In this document: one piece after another, positions 46,516 to 58,400 of the stretch
How the letters are laid out: each line of letters begins with the position of its first letter
Numbering within the stretch: position 1 is the stretch's first letter
From: a virus
Lineage: Duplodnaviria; Heunggongvirae; Uroviricota; Caudoviricetes
DNA length: 64,000 bases
Strand: one strand, 5' to 3'
IMG/VR virus record: IMGVR_UViG_3300017917_003366
Notes under the pieces: model-generated
What the model saw: only the letters and a program-made list of their open reading frames with translations
Databases searched by the model: none
Told to the model about the DNA's origin: nothing
Made by a program: the position numbers and the translations under genes

Positions 46516-48747
46516 TTAACAACCATCATTTATTGTATATTCGGTACCAATAATTCCTGACGATACATCATAAATTTTTCCATTTGAAATTATCACAAAA
46601 AATCCATCAAATGGTAATGTTCTTTCTGCATCTGTATAGATAACAACACCATTCGCCGTAATATCGGTTACTGACAAATCAGTATATAAATTTAATGAAG
46701 CCGGACTAACACATTGAGTATTTCCTCCAAAACAGTAATTGTTACATACTGTCATATCCCAAACTTTACTATCACATGTTGTTAATAATGTAAATTCGGT
46801 GATGTAACCATTGGCATCTGTTTTCACATAATATGTTGGTGCCCCACTAAGAATTATTCCCGTAGAGTATAAACCTATCATATTAGGTATTGGATTGTAC
46901 GGTGACATAAAACCAAATATCTGTGTGCCGACCCCAATCGGGTTTGTGTGATATCTGAAACTAAATCCATTAAGTGCACCATCTGGTGAAGCATTAAGGA
47001 TTTCACAAAGAACCCCCTCTGCCGCCGAAGACGTTGGAGCTCCGTCTGAGAAATTAGTGAATGTTGCGCCATCGTTTAAACTATACGATGTTTGTAAAGT
47101 TGCAGTCAATGATGGAATCGTTACTTGAGAAGCGGTTGGTGTACTAGTTGACGTAGGGGTCGGTGTTGATGTCTGAGTGGTTTGTGGTGTACAACCTGTA
47201 TTAATTAAATCTACAGTATAACCCGTCGATGGACATCCCGCATATGGTATTGAACACGAACATAATTCGATTACCGTTCCATTAAAAAATGGTAAATCAG
47301 ATAAACCAAAATAATCTGCTTGTTGATTCATTACTGTGTTAGTATCACAATCGGTCCATGTTAAATATTCTCCACAATTTGAATTAAACGTTACACGATA
47401 TGTGTTACAATCACATAACGACACAGATGCAGTTGGTGTACTCGTTGATGTTGGTGTTGCGGTTGATGTCGGAGTTGGTGTTAATGTTGTTGATGGCACA
47501 TAACCACAACACTCATCAAGATTTACTCTAAACACTTGTTCACAACATCCGATACATACAATTTTCACATAAATTTCCATCAATGTTGGTGTAATTCCTG
47601 TGATGTTTACAGTTCCACCTGTAACTGTTGTGAATGATGTTGCACCTGTTATAACCGTTGAGGTGGTTCCCGTATAAACTGAACAGTTCGTATAATCAGA
47701 ACCTGAATTAAAACTTATTAAAACACCTTTTGGTGTAACAGTATCATTTATACAAACCGAACCACTTGTACTTGTTAGTGTTTGAGTAGGTGTATTTGTG
47801 GATGTTGAGGTTGGAGTACTTGTTAAAGTTTGAGTTGGAGTGCTCGTTGGTGTTTCTGTAGGGGTACTTGTTGGGGTTTGGGTTTGTCCCACACTTGCGG
47901 TTAAAGTTGGTGTAGCAGTTGCCGTTTCTGTAGGGGTATTTGTTGGAGTGCTAGTTGGTGTACTCGTTAATGTCTGAGTGGGTGTTTGAGTTGCGGTCTG
48001 TGTTGGGGTAAGTTCAGAATCACAATTTTGATTATCCGCACAACCACCGTTAGCATATACAAAAATATCCGCATTAGATGGGCTAAATGTTATTGTTGAA
48101 TTTGTGGAACAAACACATTGATAAACGGTCCCCATTGCAGGTAAAAAACCAGAAGTTTGAAAGTTGTTGTAACAATCGTAATAACTATATGTTACATCAT
48201 CGCCCCTTTCACTCACAATTTGTTTACATAAACAATCTTCACATACCAATGGAATTCCGTATTCACATATGTATGTGGTTCCTGTTGTGGTTGTTAATCC
48301 TGTTGTCGGGGTAACGTTTGTTATTACATTTACCGCAACTGCCGTTGCACTACCTATAAGAACATTATTCGCGGTTTCTACACTATATGTTCCACCACTA
48401 ATTGTTAAAGTATATGGGTATGTCCCTCCCTCTTGATTATCTAAATAACCCGTTATTGTGATATCTTGAGTAACAATTGTATCAATTGATAATTTTATAC
48501 CAAAAAAGTTGTTTTCACCTGTTTGAGGATAAGGAGATAAAATTTGTTCAGTTAACGTAACACAATCACAATTACCCACATTATTAACCGTAACACCGTC
48601 ACCGCTTGGGGTAGTTGTTGCACAAAAATATTGGGTTTCAAAACCCCCCATGGATACCGTTTGGGAATTACCTTCACAATCGGTAAATGAGGTGATACAA
48701 TTACCACCACTAAGTGCACAGTAAACTGAATATCTATTACACGCCAT
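46516..48747 (-). CDS. Virion surface protein with Cys-rich modules and Thr/Pro tracts
   Basis: Three TxT tracts and repeated C..Y...DC.G...C modules; no signal peptide. Confidence 0.75.
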   Translation of the reverse strand: MACNRYSVYCALSGGNCITSFTDCEGNSQTVSMGGFETQYFCATTTPSGDGVTVNNVGNCDCVTLTEQILSPYPQTGENNFFGIKLSIDTIVTQDITITGYLDNQEGGTYPYTLTISGGTYSVETANNVLIGSATAVAVNVITNVTPTTGLTTTTGTTYICEYGIPLVCEDCLCKQIVSERGDDVTYSYYDCYNNFQTSGFLPAMGTVYQCVCSTNSTITFSPSNADIFVYANGGCADNQNCDSELTPTQTATQTPTQTLTSTPTSTPTNTPTETATATPTLTASVGQTQTPTSTPTETPTSTPTQTLTSTPTSTSTNTPTQTLTSTSGSVCINDTVTPKGVLISFNSGSDYTNCSVYTGTTSTVITGATSFTTVTGGTVNITGITPTLMEIYVKIVCIGCCEQVFRVNLDECCGYVPSTTLTPTPTSTATPTSTSTPTASVSLCDCNTYRVTFNSNCGEYLTWTDCDTNTVMNQQADYFGLSDLPFFNGTVIELCSCSIPYAGCPSTGYTVDLINTGCTPQTTQTSTPTPTSTSTPTASQVTIPSLTATLQTSYSLNDGATFTNFSDGAPTSSAAEGVLCEILNASPDGALNGFSFRYHTNPIGVGTQIFGFMSPYNPIPNMIGLYSTGIILSGAPTYYVKTDANGYITEFTLLTTCDSKVWDMTVCNNYCFGGNTQCVSPASLNLYTDLSVTDITANGVVIYTDAERTLPFDGFFVIISNGKIYDVSSGIIGTEYTINDGC

Positions 48748-48764
48748 TTATACTAATATATCCA

Positions 48765-48771
48765 ATAAATA
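48765..48771 (-). promoter_or_regulatory. TATTTAT putative late promoter
   Basis: Intergenic, before ATG 48747. Confidence 0.58.
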
Positions 48772-48794
48772 CCGTAATGTAAATTTTATCTCAA

Positions 48795-50576
48795 TTATGC
48801 ACAATCTTCATTAGCAGTACATAGAGATGAACTCAACGTAACGGTAGATGTTCCCGGTGTTGCCGGATTTCCATTAACCAATATGTGATATGAGATTAAT
48901 GATTGTGCACATGGTCCCGAAATGGTTCCATACATATTAAATTGAATATTTTGAGTGGTTCCTGAACAATCCACATATTGAATGTACAATATTCCATCAT
49001 CGGAAGCGACGCCATAATCATCTTCACTAAATACGGTTGTTAAACAATAACATGATGTTGGTGGTGGTCCTTGTGGACATTGGCAATCAACACATGGGTC
49101 AGAACCTGCTTGTGTGATTGAACACACATCGCTAATTATCGTATGGGAACAGAATGAATATGCACTACCCGCAATGACATTATATATAGTTGGGTTATTA
49201 GTTGCACAATCAATATATTCAATTTCACAATCTTCTTGTCCCGTAGTATTATCAGCGGTGTAACATAACGACGGTGGTGCTGGTTCTGTTGCGGTTGCTG
49301 TTAATGTTGGGGTTGGGGTTGGTAAACATGCATAAACACCACATTGACTTAGAATAGTTAAAAATCCATAATTACCCGATATTGTACCCGGAATTACACA
49401 AATTCCTTGTCCGGGTCCAACCGTTACATTTATTTGTTCGATTCCGCTACAATCGGTATAATTAATTCCTGAGTAGGATTCACTATTGTTGTTGTAATAT
49501 TCAAAACAATCACCACATGGACTGGTTGTTGGGGTAGGTGTTGGAGTTTGAGTCACCGGTTCCGTACTCGTTGATGTCGGTGTTTGAGTAGGGGTATTTG
49601 TTGAGGTGCTCGTTGCAGTTAAAGTTGGAGTGTTTGTTGGTGTTGAGGTCGGTGTACTTGTTGTGGTACTTGTTGGAGTTTGAGTTGGTGTAACACATCC
49701 ACCACATGGTTCATTTGCCGCAACCCATACAATACAATCCACTGTATTACCCATATCACAATAAATTGCTTCAGAACCTAATGAACCTTCTAAAGCACAT
49801 GTAATGTAAGTTTGTTGACCATTACCGGCAGCACTAATTGTTTGACTATCACCATTACAATCGACATAATACACATCATATGGTATATTATAGTAGTTTG
49901 TAATTTCATATTGATAACAACACAACGTTGTCGGAGTAGGTGTTGGGGTCGATGTTAATGTTGGTGTGTTTGTACTTGTTTGAGTTGGTGTATTGGTACT
50001 CGTCAATGTTTGTGTCGGTGTACTCGTCAATGTTTGTGTTGGAGTTTGCGTTGGTGTCTCAGTTGACGTAGGGGTACTAGTTGGTGTTAACCCCATGGTA
50101 GAGGTTTGTGTTGGAGTTTGAGTTGACGTACTTGTCGCAGTTAAAGTAGGTGTTTGCGTCGGAGTAGAAGTCGATGTTGGTGTTACTCCTAACGTAGAGG
50201 TTTGAGTTTGAGTTGGTGTACTCGTTAATGTTTGAGTTGGAGTTGGTGTTTGGGTTGATATTACCGGACCTGAGCCAACACAATCATTACATCTTAAATC
50301 AACCAATGTTACCTGATATCCACCTTGTAATTTTGGGGTGGAATTCGGTACCGAATTAATATGTCCATCACAATGTTCAATAAATAAGTAAACGTGTGTA
50401 TACGAACTATCAACACTTAAATTAACTGTATGTCCTGATATTGTTGATGATGAAACCGTTTCAACAAAAGTCGCATTATCAACAACATGGGTTACACCTG
50501 TGTAAATGTCATATGACGTACATGGTGTTGAACCTGTAAAATTTGATATTGTAACTTGATATAGTGAATTCGGCAT
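48795..50576 (-). CDS. Virion surface protein with Cys-rich modules and Thr/Pro tracts
   Basis: Long TPT tracts (49930-50260, 49520-49695) and four Y.DC modules. Confidence 0.75.
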   Translation of the reverse strand: MPNSLYQVTISNFTGSTPCTSYDIYTGVTHVVDNATFVETVSSSTISGHTVNLSVDSSYTHVYLFIEHCDGHINSVPNSTPKLQGGYQVTLVDLRCNDCVGSGPVISTQTPTPTQTLTSTPTQTQTSTLGVTPTSTSTPTQTPTLTATSTSTQTPTQTSTMGLTPTSTPTSTETPTQTPTQTLTSTPTQTLTSTNTPTQTSTNTPTLTSTPTPTPTTLCCYQYEITNYYNIPYDVYYVDCNGDSQTISAAGNGQQTYITCALEGSLGSEAIYCDMGNTVDCIVWVAANEPCGGCVTPTQTPTSTTTSTPTSTPTNTPTLTATSTSTNTPTQTPTSTSTEPVTQTPTPTPTTSPCGDCFEYYNNNSESYSGINYTDCSGIEQINVTVGPGQGICVIPGTISGNYGFLTILSQCGVYACLPTPTPTLTATATEPAPPSLCYTADNTTGQEDCEIEYIDCATNNPTIYNVIAGSAYSFCSHTIISDVCSITQAGSDPCVDCQCPQGPPPTSCYCLTTVFSEDDYGVASDDGILYIQYVDCSGTTQNIQFNMYGTISGPCAQSLISYHILVNGNPATPGTSTVTLSSSLCTANEDCA

Positions 50577-50625
50577 TTATCTTAAATATAAAAAATCTTA
50601 TTTATTATGGACAGTTTCATTTTAA

Positions 50626-52461
50626 TTATAATTGACAACTTTCTTGACATGCATCGACACAATCAATCCAAGCATTGGTTCCATATAATGTAATAACACC
50701 CGTACCGGTAGAATTACCCGTAATCATATAAACAAACCCATTACATCCTCCCACGACATCAACATAAAATCTACCAAAAGATGGAGATATTGATGTTGGC
50801 ATTTCAACAATAATTAAATCATTAACCATTGTACATCCGGTTGCAGTTCCTTCTGCATCATATCCACACTCCCATTGTTCTGCCTCATACGCAACCGTTG
50901 ATATTGGTTCAGTCGGCATTGTGGCGGTTTGAGTGGGTGTTGATGTTGGTGTGTTTGTAGGGGTACTCGTTGGAGTTTCCGTTAGTGTTTGAGTTGGTGT
51001 GCTCGTTAATGTTTGGGTTGGTGTGCTCGTTAATGTTTGGGTTGGTGTAGATGTCGAAGTCGGAGTTGAAGTTGGGGTTTGGGTCGGTGTTGCGACATTC
51101 TCACCACAAATTTCATAAACCGCATAATCCAATGATACGGTGTTACTAATGTATATTGTATTTGTTGGCTCATATAACTCAACCGACATAACACTAGTTG
51201 TTATTGGTGTTGACGTGATTAAATTGGTTGCGGTATCTAAAATAGAAATTCCACTAACATAATTTGCGGTATAAATTCTATTATTGGCACTATTGTATTT
51301 TGCACTAAATGTTAAATTAAATGATGAAGATGTATGTGACGATACAACCGTTTCCGTGGTACAATCAATTATACTATATCCATCATCAGTAGAGAAGCTT
51401 TCAAAAAATGCAAAGAGTTGATTTGTTGATGGTTTGTATGTCATGGTAGATGCATAATCCGCAGGTAGGGTTATACTGTTAGTTACCGTATTAGTTGTAC
51501 AGTCAAACACTTTAACTGTACCGGTATTTCCCGCAATGTAGATTTTATTATTGCTTGGAACACATTCCATAAATTCGGAATTAACCAATCCGTTATTTGC
51601 ATTTCTAAATGGTAATCCCGTTAATGTTGTTGTTATCGTATCTGTTGACCCATCAATTATTGTTAATTCTGAAGTTGACACACCCGTACTTGAGTGTGCA
51701 TAAATTTTATTATTTGAACTATTATAAACTAAACCTCCGGCATATGTATGTCCCGCAGTGCCGGTAATTGTTGTTAATAATGAGAAGTTACCTAAACTAA
51801 CATCAAAAACATAGATTACTTGGTTACCAGTTACATAAAGTTTATTATTTGTGGTATTCAATGTAGAGTATCTAGCATGATTCAATCCCGAATAAACTTG
51901 AGTTATGGTTGGTGTGTTTGGTGTAATTGCATAAATTACCGAGGTATTGGTCGTACCACTATATGCAACAACATATACTAAGTCATTCAATTCATCCGTT
52001 TGTATTGATTTGGCAATTCTCGGAGCAACACTCAATGTTCTAACGATATCATCCGAACACTCAGTTAATGTCGGTGTTGATGTTTGAGTAGGTGTTTGGG
52101 TAGGGGTGTTAGTTGGTGTACTCGTTAATGTTTGAGTAGGTGTTTGAGTTGGTGAAACTTCTCCTTCTTCACAAACAACTTCCACACTAAAGCAAATTGT
52201 GTCATAACATGGAAATGCTTTACTGTCGTGAGTGTATATGTTTTTAATAATGTAACGACCTGTTGTTTGGTCGGTCATTTTAATCCAATATTGAGTGTCG
52301 AATGTTAAACCTGTTAATTCAATGGTCGTAGCAGTTAAACCTGTACCATAAAGTGTGAATGTTGTATTATCATACTCTGGCCAAGGATTAGAACCACTTT
52401 TATATCTAATTGAATAAGGTCCATCCGAAACTATATCATATATTCTTACATTTAATCCCAT
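50626..52461 (-). CDS. YncE/YVTN-like beta-propeller protein flanked by Thr/Pro tracts
   Basis: About seven blades (NNKLYV, NNKIYA, NNKIYI, TNQLFA, NNRIYT, TNTIYI) between two TxT tracts. Confidence 0.75.
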   Translation of the reverse strand: MGLNVRIYDIVSDGPYSIRYKSGSNPWPEYDNTTFTLYGTGLTATTIELTGLTFDTQYWIKMTDQTTGRYIIKNIYTHDSKAFPCYDTICFSVEVVCEEGEVSPTQTPTQTLTSTPTNTPTQTPTQTSTPTLTECSDDIVRTLSVAPRIAKSIQTDELNDLVYVVAYSGTTNTSVIYAITPNTPTITQVYSGLNHARYSTLNTTNNKLYVTGNQVIYVFDVSLGNFSLLTTITGTAGHTYAGGLVYNSSNNKIYAHSSTGVSTSELTIIDGSTDTITTTLTGLPFRNANNGLVNSEFMECVPSNNKIYIAGNTGTVKVFDCTTNTVTNSITLPADYASTMTYKPSTNQLFAFFESFSTDDGYSIIDCTTETVVSSHTSSSFNLTFSAKYNSANNRIYTANYVSGISILDTATNLITSTPITTSVMSVELYEPTNTIYISNTVSLDYAVYEICGENVATPTQTPTSTPTSTSTPTQTLTSTPTQTLTSTPTQTLTETPTSTPTNTPTSTPTQTATMPTEPISTVAYEAEQWECGYDAEGTATGCTMVNDLIIVEMPTSISPSFGRFYVDVVGGCNGFVYMITGNSTGTGVITLYGTNAWIDCVDACQESCQL

Positions 52462-52468
52462 GTTATTT

Positions 52469-52476
52469 TATAAATA
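52469..52476 (-). promoter_or_regulatory. TATTTATA putative late promoter
   Basis: Intergenic, before ATG 52461. Confidence 0.58.
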
Positions 52477-52483
52477 TTTTTAA

Positions 52484-55400
52484 TTACGTAACATAAATTA
52501 TATCATCCCTTACCGGTGCATTAATATTTACACCATTAGCATTAAGTGTGATTGGTGGTGTGCCGGTACTATCTTTCCAAGCGTTGTTATAAGGTTCATT
52601 ATAATTAAACATTACAGCACCAGGACTAAATGCCGGTGCTAAATCGGTATTAGGTAATCCATTGTTATATATAATAGTATCGATATCTTGGTTACTTATC
52701 AAACCATTATAGAACAACGTTTGGTCCTGCCAATGTGCGTTGGCCCAATAGTGTCCACCAAGTTTAATTGTTGAACCATTATTAAACGCCGTTAAATATG
52801 ATGTGGTTGTACCTGTTGGTATGTGCATATCTAACGTTTCTAATGGTTGTCCGTTCCAAAAGAATGTACCCGCCAATGAAGCACTTCCCGATGTGGTAGC
52901 AAAACCACCAGTTCCATCAATTGTAAAAGTTATATTTACGAATTGAGCAATACTACTTGCGTTCCATGCGGTGTACCCTCCAGGACCTAATCCCGTAATT
53001 GTTGCATTATTACCATCATTAACTACAGCGCTAAATACATGAGCTTTATAGTTATCTGATTGACACCATATAACTTCAACCCATAGTTGATTACCGTATG
53101 ATTCACTATCATATGAGAAGCTTATTCTATCTTCAGAATCTGCCCCACATCCACTACCTATTGACGGAGCTCTCATTTCCATAAATGATGTTGGTAAATA
53201 TGTTGGTCCCGCCTGCCAATCTGGTTTTATCCATGTTGAGAATGTGAATTGGGTTGCTCCCGAACCTATACGTATATCACTTTCAAAACCACTTGACATA
53301 TATGAATACTCACCCGTATTTGTTGCTTGGTCATAGTAAACTGAAGAAGATGTCGACGCAGCTGCTGCTGATGCGGTTGCCGTTAATGTACTTGTCTGAG
53401 TAGGTGTATTTGTTGGTGTACTTGTTGCCGTTAAAGTAGGTGTTTGAGTTGGTGTTGATGTTGGAGTTGATGTTGGAGTTGATGTTGCGGTTGGGCAAGG
53501 TCCACAATCAGTACATGTTGTGTATATCTGATATGTCGGCGATGCTCCTACGGTTACTGCACCGACCGCTGTTATCTCATAACAATACCCACCATAACTT
53601 AATGAATTACCAACACTTGGTAATGTATATTGTGTACCACATCCAATACCGACTTCTAGTTTATTAACAAATGGACTATCGGGACAACATGCTGTCAAGT
53701 TTACGTTTACATACGCACAACCACCTCTTTCTTCTAAACAAAGTTCACAGGCAGTAAAATCAAATAAGGTATTACCTGAATAATATCCATCTGAACCATT
53801 ACCACCAAGTCCTCCCATGTGATAACAACATCCAAACGTGCTAGTTGTTAATTGGAAATCATTAGTGTCGTATACCCCCGCATCAACACTTATTTGTAGT
53901 GTATCGTTTTCATCACAACACGACACAAGTAAAATATTAACTGGTGGTGTTGCCGACGGAGTATTAGTTGGGGTATTAGTTGGTGTTTCTGTTAATGTTT
54001 GAGTTGGTGTATTCGTACTTGTACTTGTCAAAGTAGGGGTACTCGTAGCGGTTAATGTTGGTGTATTAGTTGGGGTTTGAGTTGGTGTTTCTGTTTGAGT
54101 ATTCGTACTTGTTAAAGTAGGTGTACTCGTTGCTGTTAATGTCGGAGTATTGGTAGGTGTTTGTGTATTAGTACTAGTAGCAGTCAACGTAGGTGTGCTA
54201 GTTGCCGTCAACGTTGGAGTATTAGTAGGTGTTTGTGTTGGTGTCTCTGTTAAAGTTTGAGTAGGCGTACTCGTCAATGTTTGCGTCGGAGTATTCGTAC
54301 TTGTCGAAGTACTTGTCAACGTCGGGGTTGAGGTCGCCGTTAATGTAGGTGTACTTGTTGCCGTCTCCGTTGGTGTGTTTGTACTTGTACTTGTTAAAGT
54401 TGGCGTACTTGTAGCTGTTAATGTTGGAGTGTTAGTTGGTGTTTGGGTCGCAGTTTCAGTTTGCGTATTTGTACTTGTCAACGTTGGTGTTGATGTTGCA
54501 GTCAATGTCGGAGTATTGGTCGGAGTTTGTGTCTGAGTATTTGTTGCCGTTAATGTTGGCGTACTCGTAGCAGTTTCCGTTGGCGTATTTGTGCTCGTAC
54601 TTGTCAAAGTAGGAGTGCTCGTTGCAGTTAACGTAGGGGTGTTTGTTGGTGTCTGTGTTTGAGTTTCAGTTTGTGTATTAGTTGCGGTCAACGTAGGAGT
54701 ACTCGTCGCCGTTAACGTTGGAGTACTTGTTGCTGTTAATGTTGGTGTTGCTGTAGGTGTTGGACAAATTTGTGATGTTCCACATATTGCTTCATCATTA
54801 TTATCTTCATAAACAATGTGAACATCTGATAAACTATTAAGTGGTGCTATGTAAACACTACCTCCACCACCGGCATAGGTAACTAAATAAGAGTAACTAT
54901 AGATTTGTAAACTAGTTCCTGAGTACAGATGTTCGTTTTCTTGAACAGGGTGGTCATTATCATAAATTATAATTGTTGCAGGATTTCCATTACATAATGT
55001 ATCTAAATTATCCGCAATTACATAAACTTGACCAAGTTGGACTTCAGTTGCTGTCGGTGTTTGAGTAGGTGTAAGTGTAGGTGTACTCGTTGCCGTTTGC
55101 GTTGGGGTTTGAGTTGGTGTCTCTGTTTGAGTATTTGTACTTGTCAAAGTAGGAGTACTCGTAGCAGTTAATGTCGGCGTTTCTGTAGCGGTACTTGAAG
55201 ATGTAAGGGTTGGGGTCGACGTTGCAGTTAACGTCGGAGTATTAGTAGGTGTCTCCGTCGGTGTGTTTGTTGGGGTTTCTGTTGGTGTGTTAGTTTGTGT
55301 TTCAGTTTGGGTATTCGTACTAGTTAACGTCGGAGTACTTGTTGCCGTTAATGTTGGTGTTTCCGTTAAAGTAGGAGTACTTGTAGCGGTTTCGGTAGGT

Positions 55401-58400
55401 GTATTAGTTGGGGTTTCGGTTTGGGTATTAGTACTCGTTAAAGTAGGAGTACTTGTTGCCGTTAATGTTGGTGTTTCCGTTAAAGTAGGAGTACTAGTAC
55501 TTGTTTGAGTAGGAGTATTTGTGGGTGTCTCCGTCAACGTTGGAGTATTAGTAGGTGTATTTGTAGCGGTACTACTATTTGTTAATGTGGGAGTACTGGT
55601 TGCAGTTAATGTCTGTGTAGGTGTCTGAGTTGGTGTTTGAGAATATAACGTAGTTGAGGTAATGATACAATTAACAACCTCTATAATTAAAACATTCGGG
55701 TCATTTGGATTATTCACTAGCTCATCAAAAACCCAATATGTTCCGTCAAGAATTCCACATTGACAATCTGTTTGAGATGTTGTATAAATTCTTTCTCCAA
55801 TTGTTATCGATGCAATATTATAATCGTTGTATGATATAGATTGTGCACCATATAGTTTAAATTGGTCAAACGCCATCCCCGCATATGAGGTTGTTCCTGT
55901 ATAAAAGTTGTATGAAGTTCCGTTTACAAGAACCTGACTAATCAAATTATATGTATCTAATCCCGCAGGTTTTTGACATATCTCACTTGATGTTGGAGTG
56001 CTTGTCATTGTAGGTGTACTCGTTGCACTTAATGTTGGTGTATTTGTACTTGTTTGTGTTGGAGTATTGGTTGGTGTTTCTGTAGGTGTGTTAGTAGCCG
56101 TCAACGTAGGAGTACTGGTCTCCGTTAATGTTGGAGTATTAGTTGGCGTTGCAGTTGATGTTGGTGTTGGTGACGGACATTCGTATGTTCCACAATCAGG
56201 TAAGCTTGCGAAATCATGTATCACCGCAATGACACCATTTACAATTTCAACCACATATAATGGATATGTATTTTCACCGTTTGGTGCGTAAATGTAATTA
56301 CCTGTTTGTGTTGAAGGGAAATAAGTAGGTCCGGCACCATATAATTGTGTTCCCGCAACAAATCCCGCAGATGAGTAATAGTATACACTACCACCACCCA
56401 TACTCCAGTTCGGATGTGTTATAATATATATCCAATCACATTTTGCCTCCTGTACACTTTTCGTTGTCCAATTCGTTAATATATCACCACAAACTTCTCC
56501 TTCGTACCATAAGTTGGTATCCGCATCAGGATTACCAGCGGCACTTGGTGTGTTTGTCGCAGTTGGGGTACTCGTACTTGTCGCAGTTGGTGTTTCCGTT
56601 AAAGTAGGAGTACTCGTTGCCGTTAACGTAGGGGTATTTGTTGGTGTTTGAGTAGGGGTTTCAGTTGACGTAGGGGTACTTTCAACCGTTGCTGTATTGG
56701 TTGGAGTACTGGTCTCTGTTAATGTTGGAGTATTGGTAGGTGTTGCCGTTTCTGTTAATGTCGGAGTACTCGTAGCAGTTAACGTCGGAGTGTTAGTAGG
56801 TGTGTTAGTTGACGTTGCCGTTAATGTCTGAGTAGGTGTATTTGTTGGTGTACTAGTTAATGTTTGTGTCGGAGTATTCGTACTTGTTGAAGTAGGTGTA
56901 CTCGTTGCAGTAACCGTTGGTGTTGGTGTCGAGGTTTGTGTGCTTGTCGGAGTTGGTGTCGGACTTGCACCCGGTACACATTCAAATGGAGATTCTTCCA
57001 AATCCTCATCTGTTGGTACTGTTGGACAATGTACAGGGTCAATATAATATTGTCCTAAATTGAAATCAATATTAGGATGTTTATCATACTGATGTTTCAT
57101 TAATATTTGATGATTTGTGTTACCATCAAATACAACCATAAATTCATCCGTTAACGGTGAACCATCTTTCTCAACATTAAGATTAAAATATAATCCCGTG
57201 TCACAATAATTTAAATCAACACTTAAAACTTCAATTGGAGAACCATATTGGTTGATTAGGAAATCTCCTTTGTCATATAATTCACTTGGGTGGTCACAAC
57301 ACGGCCCAATAAAATCCTCAGGTCTTACTTGTAATTCCTCAGGGAATCTATCATCAAAATGATATGTTCCGTTTGTTACCGAACCGAAATCTTCAATAAA
57401 TTTATTCGTATAAACTCGTAATTGTGTTGTTGGTAAAACTTCAAATACTTCGATGTCACCGGTTGTTGTTTCACCAGTGATAATACTTTTCTTAATTGAA
57501 CCTAAACATTCTTTATCAGTCACCAAAAGTTTTGAATATTCATATGTAAATGAATATCCATCTTGAGATGCATTTTGGAATTGTTGGTTTGTTAATCCTG
57601 AACACGGTAGATAATCTGCACTTAAAATGTATTCACCAACTTGAAGTTGATAAACTGTTTTTTCGGTAATCGTTCCACCTAAAATATATGATTCAATATC
57701 ATCACTTGTTGTTGTACTATCAATCACCAATCCTGAGGAAACAACCAATACAATTGAACTGTCTTTTAAACCGTAATTAAAATTAGATTTATATTCAACC
57801 TTTGGTTGCATTGTGTATCCTGTGTAATTGTCACAGAATGTCACCCCTGATGTTGTTGAAATGGTATTTCCTGTTGAACCTTGGTAACCGTTAATCACAA
57901 ATATTTCTGTGTGACTTTTTCCACTTGGTAGTGGACAAGGGTCATGTTCAATTTTTGCTTGTAATCCTTCAATTTTAAATTTAACCTCATTGTTAGCAGC
58001 ATCAACGATATTGAAATCAATCACATCGTATTCAGTAACACCCGTTAATTTAAATTTACAATCGTATCCTGCAACTTTTTCAATGTATACGTCAGCATTT
58101 TGGCTGTGTCCACTTGTACAATTTGCATAAATGTAGAACGGCCATTCGTGTCCTTTTTGAACTCCGAATTGTGCCCCAATGACATCAATGTAAATGTCAG
58201 ATACCATGATACAGTTTTCCGGTTCTTCACAATAATATTCTCCGTCACCACTAACCTCAACACTTAATCTATCATTAATTTTTGTTGTTCTATAATCAGC
58301 TTCAAAACGATAATCAAAGTAATCTTTAACAGAACAATCACCAATACCGTACTTTATTGATGAGAATTTAATCATCTCCTCACCATCTTCATTAGTGAAT

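Larger units (their letters stand above)
47100..52155 (-). repeat. Coding Thr-x-Thr tracts in the 743-, 593- and 611-aa proteins
   Basis: Tracts at about 47100-47185, 47420-47490, 47785-48015, 49285-49325, 49520-49695, 49930-50260, 50920-51095, 52070-52155; exact 24-bp tandem unit at 50993-51040. Confidence 0.92.

Noticed and set aside
859-50283. Many short ORF-track entries nested opposite or within long genes (e.g. 859..1128, 15545..15793, 40543..40860)
   Set aside because: Fully overlapped by well-supported genes, atypical composition, no promoter or coupling evidence.
55263-56291. Plus-strand ORFs rich in VGVLV (55263..55508, 55998..56291)
   Set aside because: Antisense shadows of the Thr-x-Thr codons, with no independent signals.
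53350-56970. Repetitive DNA that could look like a CRISPR array or satellite
   Set aside because: No constant repeat with unique spacers; the periodicity comes from ACN codons in an open reading frame and third positions vary.
53350-56970. TxT tracts as ice-binding or ice-nucleation beta-solenoids
   Set aside because: High Pro content and no fixed-length Gly/Cys-containing coil make a regular solenoid unlikely; an extended linker fits better.
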